34,836 bases of DNA from Catajapyx aquilonaris (Eukaryota). A program made the translations under genes and the position numbers. Positions 10,436 through 21,581 of the stretch are shown here, one piece after another (position 1 is the first letter of the stretch; every line of letters starts with the position of its first letter). The stretch lies in NCBI GenBank assembly GCA_000934665.2, contig JYFJ02004086.1, positions 1-34,836 on the forward strand, read 5' to 3'. Under the pieces are notes generated by a model that was not told the origin of the DNA, did not search any database, and saw nothing but the letters and a program-made list of their open reading frames with translations.

Positions 10436-10494
10436 TTAACATGGTTGACAGTGATACTGCTAACTAATGAGCACAAAAAACCAACCCAATATTA

Positions 10495-10713
10495 TTAAGG
10501 CACAAGATCTTTTTTCATATAGACGTTCTTTGGAGGCCCATCCTTTTCACATCTCTTGGGGGAGGATGGCTGAGGCGGGGGTGGAGGTGGAGGGGCAGGT
10601 GGAGGGGCAGGCGGATGTGGCAGTGGAGTTGACGTGATTTTAGTAGATATGTTGGGTGATCTTGAGGTAGCTTGTAGATTCTCAAAGGCATTTGTGTTGC
10701 TCTTTTGCACCAA
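10495..10713 (-). CDS. NAA80: NAA80 final coding exon (polyproline loop and terminal strand)
   Basis: Acceptor ttttcag, phase 0; LVQKSN...PHPPAPPPAPPPPPPPQP...VYMKKDLVP*; proline-rich loop followed by xMxKxL is characteristic of NAA80. Confidence 0.85.
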   Translation of the reverse strand: MVQKSNTNAFENLQATSRSPNISTKITSTPLPHPPAPPPAPPPPPPPQPSSPKRCEKDGPPKNVYMKKDLVP

Positions 10714-10856
10714 CTGAAAAAATGAAGGAGTATAATAATCTCATTTCGTAAAAACAGGAAAATGATTGATGAAGATGCAACCAGAGGATGTCATTGAATT
10801 GATAGAAATCTAATAAATTATAGCCTACTAGCTTCTTTGAGAATTGCAGTCATTCT

Positions 10857-11406
10857 TAGGGCTGTGCGGTTAACCCGTTAACCCGTTAATTTTTAGGTTA
10901 TTGCATTAACCGGTTAGCCGGTTAATTTTTAATGAAATAACTGGTTATTGCACTAACCGGTTTGTCCGATTAACCGGTTAATGGGTCTCGGTGATCGGAT
11001 TTCAGAATTACCGTCGAAGGAGCGGCAGGGACCGGTGTGGTACTATGGTGTGCGCAGAGAGTGAGAGTGAAGCAGGCTACACACGTTGCGAGTTACTCGT
11101 CCGAGTAGGGAATTACGCATTTACGCTTGCGCAGTAGCCTACTCGCCCTCCAACTCGCTCTGTGAATAGGTGGGATCGTGGGAAACCTATTTGGAAGGCG
11201 AGTGAGCATGCGCAGTAGGCTACTCTCTCGCCTGCTCGGCAAGTTACTGGCTACGTGTGTTACACAATTGTTTTGATCTCGTGTGTTATTTACCAATTCT
11301 CCTATGAAAATAACCGGTTAATCTAAAATAACCACTAACTGGTTATAACCGAGGTTATTTCAATAACCGATAACCAGTTTCCAAATTCAATAACCGCACA
11401 GCCCTA
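10857..11406. mobile_element. hAT-family MITE in NAA80 last intron
   Basis: 16-bp TIR TAGGGCTGTGCGGTTA / TAACCGCACAGCCCTA, 8-bp TSD GTCATTCT (10849-10856, 11407-11414), dense subterminal TAACCG/CGGTTA repeats. Confidence 0.92.
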
Positions 11407-11484
11407 GTCATTCTGCCTTGAAGTTCTGTGCAATTGGTCATTAAAAGAGAATAGTTTTTTTTTTAACCCAAATAAAACCACTCT

Positions 11485-11688
11485 AACAAGGCTTGGCCAT
11501 GTAATGTCATTCATCACTCAGCATTAAATTAGGCATATAATGTTGCAGGTTGTAAAAATATAAGGTTACCCCATTTCTGGAAACGTCTTATCTTTCAGGC
11601 TTGCAGGAATCTTATGTTGATATACATTGATACATACACTGGATGCAGGGTGATGAATGACATTAGCATTGTCATCCACAGCCTTATT
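11485..11688. mobile_element. Small degraded MITE/inverted repeat
   Basis: TAATGTCATTCATCAC (11502-11517) and exact inverse (11650-11665), with imperfect extension to AAGGCT/AGCCTT. Confidence 0.55.
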
Positions 11689-11845
11689 CGGATGATTGAT
11701 GATTGATTATTTGATTATTATTAAAATGTTGTTGTAAACTAGTGCCTTAATTACTGAAGAATCACACAAAACACAACTAGTAGAAGTAAAGTTGATGCTC
11801 CCTGGTCATCTGCGTTAATAATCCGGGTGATGCAGATTTGATCTT

Positions 11846-12586
11846 GACATTTTGTGATAAATGTATGAAACTCGGTACACTTGTTCTTTTAACACTTCTG
11901 CGCATATCTGGACGTGGGGCCATGATGACTGACCCCGCCGGGGGTCACTTTCGCAGGGTTGCCATATCTACCAAGTGCAGCATACCTTTAGGACCTTGTA
12001 TTCGGCAATAAAAACATGAAACTCACTCCAGTTAGTCTTTGGACACTTCTGAACATGTCTGGAAGTGGGGCCACTATGAATGACCCAGCCTGCTGTGGGT
12101 CATTGGCATGGTTGCCAGGTCTAATGGGCACAACATACCTCTCCACATAGACTATGTGAATAGGGAGCTTGCATTCGGTGATCAAGACATGAAACTCAGT
12201 ACACTAGTTCTTTGGACACATCTGAACATATCTGGACATGGGGCCAAGATAGGTGACACCACTGGAGGTCACTATAGTGGGGTTGCCATATCTAACAGTG
12301 TGTGCAACATGCAATAGTGACCTCCAGTGGGGTCATCAATAGTGGCCCCACTTCCAGACATGTTTAGAAGTGTCCAATGACCAATTGTGGCGAGTTTCAT
12401 GTTTTTATCCCTGAATGCAAGGTCCTTATTCATGTAAAAGTATGCTGTACCTGATAGATTTGGCAACCCCGCGAAAGTGACCCCTGGCAGGATCAGTCAT
12501 CGTGGCCCCATGTCCAGATATGTTCAGAAGTGTCCCAAGAACAAGTGTAGGCCTACAGAGTTTGATATTTTTATCACAAAATGCAA
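11846..12586. repeat. Composite foldback repeat: three direct units of about 150-180 bp followed by two inverted units
   Basis: Unit motif ATGAAACTC...CAT(A/G)TCTGGA..TGGGGCCA recurs near 11865, 12017 and 12189 and in reverse near 12345-12400 and 12502-12585; outer ends ATTTTGTGATAAA / TTTATCACAAAAT pair. Confidence 0.8.
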
Positions 12587-12747
12587 AGCTTGGGCCTTTG
12601 TCCCTTAGCACCTGCTGTTCATGCTGGGCATTTTTCAAAATCAGCTTTAACAAATTCATCTAAAGTTTTCCTCCCATTAAATAAAATGATTTCAGAGACT
12701 CAGAGTCAGCCATTTCTGTTCACATAACTTCATGCCTGAAAAGTTAC

Positions 12748-12865
12748 CTTAAAGAGGCCTGGACTTCCTCCCCACACACAAATAGGTTCACAGGTTTCGT
12801 ACCCAAGGCGACTGTAAAATCCCTGCTGGTCGTGAGTCGTCAGGTAAGCAGTCTTCATGCCAAGG
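12748..12865 (-). CDS. NAA80: NAA80 coding exon 3
   Basis: (S)LGMKTAYLTTHDQQGFYSRLGYETCEPICVWGGSPGLFK: GNAT YLxTxD...FYxxLGY motif; donor AAG|GTAAC, phase 0. Confidence 0.92.
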
Positions 12866-12959
12866 CTGACCTCAAAAAGAGAAGTTTAGGTTACACACTA
12901 ATACAGTCCAAATACCTGTAGTGCATAAAATTATTTCAGAAAATAAATAAACTAAGTAC

Positions 12960-13035
12960 CTTTTAGCATATTCCTCACTCTTGACCATCAGATATCGGCC
13001 TAATCCCTTTCCACGTAACTCTTGTTTTATCACAA
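12960..13035 (-). CDS. NAA80: NAA80 coding exon 2 (acetyl-CoA binding motif)
   Basis: VVIKQELRGKGLGRYLMVKSEEYAK contains RxxGxG; acceptor ccattgcag, donor AG|GTACT; phases match both neighbours. Confidence 0.92.
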
Positions 13036-13515
13036 CTGCAATGGAATAATGCAGGTTGATCACTGTCTCACTGAACTTAATTTCTAATCACTGGCTTTTA
13101 ATGCTAACAAGATAGGTGACACATAAGCTGCACTGCAGTTTAAAAAAATCATGTTGGCAACACTTAAGTATTTTTCCACAAAGTAATGAAATTTTTGTGA
13201 CTTTTTCATGTTCTGGAATTATTAATAAAAATTACAATTTTCTAATCATAAATAGGTTGGAATAATTAGACTATTTTTGGGGGTATATTTCTGCATTTTA
13301 GCCTTGTTTGAAACCCCTCCCAAAATGATCAGAAAATACGAATGACAATATGGAGAAATGTTGGTTGACAAGTGTATAAAAGCTATTAGCTATTGATAAA
13401 AGTTACACTTGTCACATCCCAATATCTTAGGATCCAAATAAACTAGGAAACTGCTAGCTTGCACATGATTTCTAGCCTCCATCAGCAACAATGTAAGGAG
13501 ACTTGTACAAAATAC

Positions 13516-13780
13516 CTGATTCTATGAAACAGGCATGGTTCAAATTAGGAATGCCTGATATCTTGCCATGTCCTACAACGATTCCAGGTTCAGTGTTTGT
13601 GGTCAGCACTAGTGACACGGGGAAAGAGTCACAAGATGCTTTCAGGCTCCTCATTCTGGCAGTCATGCCGCGCGGCCACTGTCCATTCAGAAGCTCGCAG
13701 CAGGACTCCAGCAGGTCTGGCCGACGGTGGATCGAAAAAACATGAAAGTTGCAAGCTGGTAAAGGGTGATCACCAGTCAT
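13516..13780 (-). CDS. NAA80: N-alpha-acetyltransferase 80 (actin N-terminal acetyltransferase, NatH), coding exon 1
   Basis: MTGDHPL...IHRRPDLLESCCELLNGQWPRGMTARMRSLKASCDSFPVSLVL...VVGHGKIS...ACFIES matches the NAA80 N-terminal GNAT region; donor G|GTATT. Start ATG at 13780 is assumed (acceptor tgtag at 13797). Confidence 0.9.
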
Positions 13781-13799
13781 CTCCGAGGATGATGGCCTA

Positions 13800-15000
13800 C
13801 AGCTGGACAATAATTCTTAGCTAAAAATGCGGTGTTTGCCATGATTCCGAATCGCTGCCTTTGTCTTTTTGGCTCACAAGGACTGGGCCGCAGTGCATCA
13901 ACTGTATGTGTATCCTGGCTACCATGTCTTCGGTTCGGGTGTTCCACGGGGTGTTCGGGTGTTCGTAAACAACGTGAACGTGAAGCACGCGTGAAGAGCA
14001 CACGGGCATACACGGGCACGGGAGTATCAAATATGGCGCCCGATCCACTTGTATTACTTCATCCTTGGTTTAACAACGACTCTTTAAGTAACACGATATG
14101 CTTTATTGAGCATGTTTATTTGCATTATTAATATTATTTAACTTTTAAATATTTGTATTATTATTACTACATGCTGGTACGCATTACTTGCATGATCAAA
14201 GATGGCGTCTTTTTGCCCCATGACCTATCACAACCAATGATTGTGTATATAGTGTTAAAGGGACTTCGGAACGTACAGTACAGAGGCGGGGTGTACTGTA
14301 CGGAAATTTTTACATAATTCTCACGGAATCTGCGTCACCAATATACAGTGCGCGTTCCATCCTTCTTCCTTAATTTACACCAACCACGTAAGTTAACTTG
14401 CTATCGAAATATTTGTACACTTTCTCGACCTCTTTCGAACACCGCGCTTCCCTCACGATTATTCCACCTCCCCCGCATGACCTTGCCCCCCTTTCCCTGC
14501 AAATGGACTTTAAATTCAGAATTGCACTTTTCCCTTCATATTTAAATGCCACCAACACATCCAGGTCGGTATGTCAGCAAAGGAGCATATCATTCCATAT
14601 AAGGGTGTTCGAATCGAAGTTTCCGATGGTTCTTTTTTTTCTTTAAACTCGTCCTTCCCCAGCAGCTAGCGCACCCCCTTGCAGAAGTTTTAGGAGTGAA
14701 ATGAATTGAGCAGCAGCAGACAGCGACCTATTCTGACAATGGCGGAGTCGGATGACTGACTGAACCTATACTGATGATTATTTATACAGCACGGGGTTAG
14801 ATTATAAGCTATGGTGCAAGTACACAGGAGACGTAGTTAGCTGCGTTTGATAGCCACAGTGCTGAAGACCAGGGTCAGTATGCGTCTTCCTACTTTCCCT
14901 ATTCGTTATTCCAATGCTGCAATACAGCCTTGCTTATTAACCTTGTTGTTCCTTACTCATTTCCGGCCTTGTGTTTTTCCGCTTGATGGATTATCGTCTC
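13800..15000. promoter_or_regulatory. Probable CpG-rich bidirectional promoter NAA80/EHBP1
   Basis: Divergent ATGs at 13780 (-) and 15219 (+); CpG-rich relative to flanks; YY1-like ATGGCG motifs at 14030-14038, 14199-14207 and 14736-14745; GC box GAGGCGGGG at 14283-14291. Boundaries approximate. Confidence 0.55.
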
Positions 15001-15218
15001 AGATTGCCCCCGTTTTTATGTGCCTATTACACTGGGTCTGACCTGTTTGTGTTGGTGCGCTGGGTTTTATGTGGGTTTGTCTCTTATCATATCGCAGGCT
15101 GAACCGCTCTTATCGCTTACAGAGATTGGAGTCTCCTGTTGTGGGGCTGGACGAACTGGTAGATTTATAGTTCCCGGAGCCAATCTGCATTTAGCAGCGC
15201 CTGTGCCATACACTGAGG

Positions 15219-15322
15219 ATGGGATCGGTGTGGAAGCGACTTCAGCGTGTCAACAAAAGAGCGGCAAAGTTTCATTTCACTGTGTCCTACCAGGAGCTGT
15301 TCCTTGAAACGACACCCAAATG
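15219..15322 (+). CDS. EHBP1: EH domain-binding protein 1, coding exon 1 (start of NT-C2 domain)
   Basis: MGSVWKRLQRVNKRAAKFHFTVSYQELFLETTPK(W) is the diagnostic EHBP1 N-terminus; donor TG|GTGAG. Not in the supplied ORF track. Confidence 0.95.
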
Positions 15323-18300
15323 GTGAGCACATGGTGTATGTGACATCAGAGGGGTTTCTCCACATTTCTGGTGGCTCAACTCTGAAAGTGTCTCTGCCAA
15401 TCTTGCAAGATGCTATGAATTTGTCAGTGTGTTCGGTAAGGGAAGCCATCTCGCTGGAAAAATGCTGTGTAGGCATGCAATGTTAACAGAATAGGGAAGT
15501 TGCTATTAAATCATTGATAGATAACTGCAACCTAATTTGTGACTTATTATCCAGTTAGAATATAGAGTCTGAAACGAGGGCTGACATTAACAATGCCAAG
15601 GTCATAGTGCTGATTAGCCATTTATCTGTTTTCAGTAACATTTCCGTAGACCTTTTCATTTTTATTAATCCGAAATTGAAGTTACAATCTTTCCTAATTA
15701 TTGGTTATAGATGGAGAAATATTAAATTGTCATAATTTTTCTGCTTTAAGGAGAACACCTTAAACTTAATCCATCACAGGATTCTCATATGTTCATCATG
15801 TGACATGGTGAATGTATGATTAGTCATAGCATATTTTAAGTGTGTATGTGATGTCATCTGTTATGTAATTTGAATTATATTTTACTTGATAGGGCTAATA
15901 CCGTACTTCAGAGGAGTAGAAGATATGGTGTTAAATATACTACTTGCAATCAGATTTGTACTGCTGGGGTTAGGGAGCAAAGGATATGGGAAAGGTTACA
16001 TCTCTCGACTTATATATGGCTAGTATACCAGCATTTGTCTCATATAAACTGAAGTAAAATCACCAAAACTCTTAAGTAGCGCCTGTACTTAAATCTAGAA
16101 GTGCTCAAGTGATTGTTTAATTGGGAAGGAGCCAAAGCAACTAAGGTACCTGGCTATTGGAAGACAGGAAAGGCTAATGTCATTTTTTGCCTGCATCGTA
16201 CCCCAACAAAGACCTTGCCTGCTTGGGTGATCCTGCCAGTAGATGAAGCTACTGCTGATATAGCTCGAGGAATTTCTGGAGAAGCACATTTCCCCCCCAC
16301 AGAAGCGTGGGACCAGGATTGGTAAAGAGAGCTGCCTGGCTCATTCCCATTGGCTGATGCCCACATAACCCCATTATCCAGATAGCCACAGTTGCTTTGT
16401 TTCCGCACCACTCAAATAACAAACATTTCGTCTGCCGCAGAAAAGGGGGCCGAGCTTGGGGGATGGGGATGGAAACGACAAGTTCCTGATTTATCTGAGT
16501 AGTCAAGATGAGAGGGTTAATTCATCATTAAGGCTGGGTTGCATAAATGATGGTAAATGCTGAACAAATACGTAACCCTGTATGAATAACATGGGATCAA
16601 CACTTGTTCTGAGTTTTGCCTTGTGTATGTAGTTGTCCCTCATTGTTTACGCTGGAACATTCTTATTCCATAAATGAGCCTGTTTTTTGTTTTTTTTTGT
16701 TTTTTTTGCATGGCTCTGGTATGTGTGACATGATAATATGGTATGGTGAAGCCTCCTAAATACAAACAAAGGAGAAATTGGGCATTTGTAGGCAGTTAAA
16801 AAAACTTAATGTGACAATGCAGGATCCTCATTGAAGTGGGCTCTCTATTGAAGCAGTAAATGTTTTCTTAGAGCCTAGTTTTCTCTACTATATGGCCCAA
16901 TGGCATATTGCCACACATCACTGTGAAAAAAAACCTGAAAATAGTAATCCAGGTCATTTAGAATAAAGTCACTGATTTATATTATATGGTCAGCTACGCT
17001 CATGCAATAACAAATCTGACCTCTGTAGAAGTAAAATTAGGATATAACTGACAATTGAAAAGTGTCACTTGTTGCAGCCTAAAGAATTTGCAAATAACGG
17101 TGTTTCTAACCAAAATTTTGCTAAGAATCTTCACCACTTAAACAACAAAATTTTTATGTGTGTAAGGTGATGGTCTTTCTTTGATATGCCAGGTTGCATA
17201 ATGATAATGTAAGAAAGACTCAAACAAAAGTGAGCCGCTATGAGATTAGAGGAATTAAGAGTCTTTAACCCCGTGACCTTGGGTCAGTTTAATTTCTTCT
17301 CCATATAGTGTATCCCTGCTGCATACCTTTATGGCAATATTATTGGGCTTTGGCATTGGGGGTAGCTGACTGCCTTTGAATGGTGGGTAGGCTAGAGGAA
17401 CACTGTACTGAGGCCTTTGCCTTTGTTTATTACAGCCTCTGACTTTCACTTAAGCTACTTTGGGTTAAGATATTTCTTGATATTGTACCAAATTGTTACC
17501 ACCTGACTTTGGAATGTTCTTCTATCATTTTTCTTGGATGTTACTGAATCTTGTTATCGTTGGGAATTTTTATTATCCTGTTCTTTGGACTACAATTTTG
17601 CAATTTACTGTCACCATTTTATTAGCACGTAACGCTGTGGAACTTTGGAACAACCTGTGGAACATGACACTGTCACTGGATTTTTTAAAAGCAATATGCA
17701 ACATATTGTCTGAAATAATGAACAATACAATATCTCTGTTATGCTCCCAAGAATAAGCACAGGATTGTCCAGGCTTTGTTGTGGGAGTCAAAATTCAATG
17801 TCACTTTTAATTCAAGTACATAGCAGATTTCAGAGATCTGCATGATGGGGTTAGCAGATGTTTTTACAAATTTTGCAAGATCTCTTAGGACCCATGTGCT
17901 TATTTTCTCACACTAGGAATTTACCATGATGCATTTGTTTAAAAAACTGGTTGATGTAGTGTCTACAGGTGTCATTTCTTATTTGGAGGAAATAATTAAG
18001 TTAGGGACAGTTTTGGAGCTTATGCTGGAGAGAGCTGCATACTGTTATGCAGGCTTTGTACATCATGAATGCAAACATTTTGTGATTGCTGATAGGCAAA
18101 ATTAGTGCCCACTTCAACTGCATGGCACTTAGCTTAGTAATTACTCCCAAATGGGTGCAATGCCTCATAGGAGGATGGGTCTTTTGGCCATTCTAAACCC
18201 AACTTCCGTGAGGGAAAAGCTGGTAGGCCTACCCAACTGATGTGATGCCATAAAGAAATTTATGGCCTAAGGAGAGCACTTCTGTTTATGTGAAATTGTT

Positions 18301-18514
18301 CTTGAGGGATTTTTTTTTTTGTCTGCAAACATGACACCAAAGGTCATTATCAAAGTCAAACTACTTATTCTAAAGGAAGTGCTTGCACTTCACTAGCCAA
18401 AAAAAAAAAAAAATGAAATTGGATTATGTAAGATTGGGTGATGAAAAAATTGCTACTCCTTAGACATATGTTACATGTGTGGTAATAAATTCCAAAAATG
18501 ACATTTTATTACAG

Positions 18515-18722
18515 GAAGCCAAACAAGCTGAGTGTGGTTGGGACCAGGCGAAACAGACGGGTAGTTTCAGAAGCTCTTCCATGGGAGCCATCCTTAAAAA
18601 ACTTTCAAGCTGGATCAGTGGTTTGGGCTGTTCCTGAAAATAAGGAGATAACCATCACTCTGTTTAAAGATGCCCGAACACAGGAGTTTGAAGACAAGGA
18701 ATGGACCTTTATTGTGGAAGAT
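18515..18722 (+). CDS. EHBP1: EHBP1 coding exon 2 (NT-C2)
   Basis: KPNKLSVVGTRRNRR...WEP...VVWAVPENKEITITLFKD...EFEDKEWTFIVED; acceptor ttattacag, donor GAT|GTGAGT. Confidence 0.95.
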
Positions 18723-19430
18723 GTGAGTTTTAGCTGTGTGTTGCTTGGGAGAGGTTACACAGTCCTGAAGATTTTCCTGTGGAATTTTTTTATTATTCCA
18801 AATGAATTAGTGATTCTAAAATTGTATCAATTACTTTGGTGTACAATTAAGGTATTAATATTAAGAAGTTATAATTAACCTAGGCCGACTTTTTTGTGTT
18901 ATCCCTTGAAGTGATCTGCAGTGTAATTTGCATGAGTTACCATATATTAAATTGAACAGTGTAAATGTTTGTTTAAAAAAGTATTTTTAGATATTTTAAA
19001 TGGAAATTCACATTGAACTTGTTTTAAAGGCCTCCATTCAGAAAATTGATTCTCTATTTCAAAAATATTTAAGTGTGTGTGTGCGTCAGTGTATGTCCCC
19101 TTTAAGTCACGTTCTCACAAGTGCTGTTTGTCTTAGACGTGCTTTCTCTATGTCGCAAAAAGTTGCTTAACAAACATTTGTTTAACTGGTGGTTCTCATG
19201 ATCAAGGCAGATAAAACTGATTGTCCTTGTGAGACATATAAAATCAGTTTACCATGCCTAGAACCACTAAAGATGGGGAAATTTGTCATTGTATTTAGGT
19301 ACATTGCACTCCTGAGAAAGTAGCTTTAGTGAGTTTCATTGCTTTACCTTTAAAACTATTTCAGAACTTGATCATAAAAAGACATGTTTCCTGACATTAA
19401 ATGGTATGTGTGTGTGTTTATAAAACTTAG

Positions 19431-19612
19431 GTGGCAGGAACTGGCAAGCGTCGCCAGCTGGCATCAGTGAACATAAATATGAAGGAGTATGCAAGCATGG
19501 TTCCGTCCCAACACGAACTCAACGTTCAGTTCAGGGCCCTGTCCAAGAAAATTGTTCGAGTCACGCTTCAATTCACCCTGTCATGTGTATTTCTTAGAGA
19601 GGGCAAGGCGAC
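19431..19612 (+). CDS. EHBP1: EHBP1 coding exon 3 (NT-C2)
   Basis: VAGTGKRRQLASVNINMKEYAS...LSKKIVRVTLQFTLSCVFLREGKAT; donor AC|GTAAGT. Confidence 0.95.
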
Positions 19613-19696
19613 GTAAGTCACATCAAGTTCAGTTATTCAGATTTTCTAAATACCTAGTGTCATTGTTTACATTGCAACTTACTTGTCTCATTACAG

Positions 19697-19794
19697 TGAT
19701 GAAGATATGCAAAGCATGGCTAGTCTTATGAGCATGAACAATACGACTGACATTGCCCCACTAGAAGATTTTGAAGAGGAGGAACCACAAGAAG
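19697..19794 (+). CDS. EHBP1: EHBP1 coding exon 4
   Basis: DEDMQSMASLMSMNNTTDIAPLEDFEEEEPQE; conserved DEDMQS(L/M)ASLMS; acceptor cattacag, donor G|GTCAGT. Confidence 0.93.
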
Positions 19795-20558
19795 GTCAGT
19801 GTTTTTGTCTCCTAAAACCAATGAAGTGCAGGACCACTCATAAAGAATGGTGTGACACTATGAACGAACCCTAGCGACCCCTTCTCTCTCTCTCTCTTCC
19901 CCCCCCCCAGATTTTTCCCCGAAATTTGTTCTTACCAAAATGTTCAACCCGGTACAATGCTTACATAGATTTGAGATGAATTTCCTCCCTAAAATTTCCG
20001 TTCTCTGCCATGTTCTTTTCTTATATTTTTTTCTTTATTTTTGTTCCCTTTTCCCAGCCTTCCCTGTGATCCTTAAAAACATGCAGGCAACCCACAGGTT
20101 GGGGAAAGGATAAACATTTCATTCATAGTCGTACCATTCTTTATGAGTGGTACTGTACTTCATAAGGGTTTTAAAAATATATATCTAGGCAAATATTGGG
20201 GATATATCAAATGTGAGATAGAGTGTTCTTGATTTAATGTAGCAGGGAGTGTTTAGCTTCTCAGATGCATTTCCGCTGACCCTGAGTTAGTAGTTGGAAT
20301 AATTAGGCGTAAACCTGTGCGGTGAAGAAGTTATGTTGAAAATCACTGGATTATTTTCTTCTCCAATTCACAGGCATACTTCTAATTTCCAATGCTAACT
20401 CCAATCTATGGAAATGCAGTGTTAGTGTGTGTTGTTAGTAGCAGGATGGCCTGAATTTTCAAGTTTTGAGCAGCAGTCCTCATCACATAATTGGTAGGAT
20501 AAAATCCCACAAGTCACCATTAGGTCTAATATTATTTGGAATACAAACATTGCCAATA

Positions 20559-21288
20559 CAGGGTGGGGCAAAAGTCATGAGCGGATAAAAACGACGCAGC
20601 ATGGCGTAAGTAATGAACGATTATATTTTAAAAAATTACACTACACAGAAAAAGATCTGCTATTTATGGATCAAGGTCCAAAAAAGTAATTTCTTGAAAA
20701 CAACACCGGATAGATGCCCACCTTTGCGGGCAACACATTCCTCCAAGCGCCGGACGAAACACTTCATAACACGCTCCAGGCCTCCAGCATATCCAGGGGA
20801 ATGTTTCTCACTGCGTGTCTTATCTGATCCTTAAGATCAGCCTATGACTGAGGACGTGTGGCGAACACGAAGCTCTTCAGGTACCCCCACAAGAAGAAGT
20901 CGGGGGTGGTCAAATCCGGCGACCGCGGCGGCCATGGAATGTCCCCAAATCTCGAATCAGGAAACACTTCACTTTTAATTTGTTTGGTGTTCGCCACACG
21001 TCCTCAGTCATTGGCTGATTTTAAGGATCGGATAAGACACGCCATGAGAAACATTCCCCTGGACATGCTGGAGCGCGTTATGAAGTGTTTAGTCCGGCGC
21101 TTGGAGGAATGTGTTGCCCGCAAAGGTGGACATCTATCCAGTGTTGTTTTTAAGAAGTGACTTTTTTGGACCTTGATCCATAAATGGTACATCTTCCTCT
21201 GTGTAGTGTAATTTTTTAAAAATATATTAGTTTTTTACGTACGCCATGCTGCGTCGTTTTATCTGCCCATGACTTTTGCCCCACCCTG
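20559..21288. mobile_element. Mariner/Tc1-derived foldback MITE made of two inverted copies of the transposon 3' end, with transposase C-terminal remnant
   Basis: TA|CAGGGTGGGGCAAAAGTCATG and inverse|TA; arms 20559-20868 and 20987-21288. Minus strand reads SRFGDIPWPPRSPDLTTPDFFLWGYLKSFVFATRPQS*; plus arm reads VFATRPQSLADFKDRIRHAMRNIPLDMLERV...RLEECVARKGGHL. Confidence 0.92.
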
Positions 21289-21330
21289 TATGTATGCTGA
21301 TATTTTTAGACAGACTGAGATAGATGTTAT

Positions 21331-21581
21331 AATAATGGATACCCCGTGACTGGCCTCTTAGGGGATCATCTTTTTGTGAACCGTCTTTAATCATTTGCAT
21401 GCTCTGTGATGGATTTTGATTGAGGGAGGAAACGGGAGAACCCCGAGAAAACCCACGCGTACATGAAGAGAACCCATCGAAACTCTATCCACATAAGTAT
21501 CCTCCATCCGACCCGAGGATCGAACTCGGGACCTCAGAGGTGGAAGACTGAGGCGCTAACCACTATGTCACCATGTCGCCC
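21331..21581 (-). mobile_element. tRNA-derived SINE, family B (V-domain-like)
   Basis: Reverse-complement homolog of 8951-9216; 13-bp TSD AGATAGATGTTAT at 21318-21330 and 21582-21594. Confidence 0.9.

Noticed and set aside
9763..10498. Cluster of overlapping ORFs up to 237 aa on both strands
   Set aside because: By-product of a GC-rich palindromic MITE; the same peptides recur on both strands and show no transposase motifs.
11846..12310. CRISPR-like repeat array
   Set aside because: Eukaryotic context; units are long, diverged and homologous throughout, with no unique spacers or cas genes.
12612..12659. Possible extra in-frame NAA80 exon (MNLLKLILKNAQHEQQ)
   Set aside because: Weak acceptor and donor, not needed to join exons 3 and 4, no resemblance to NAA80 that I recognise.
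16113..16325. Possible alternative EHBP1 first exon ending TG|GTAAAG in the right phase
   Set aside because: No in-frame ATG and no homology support.
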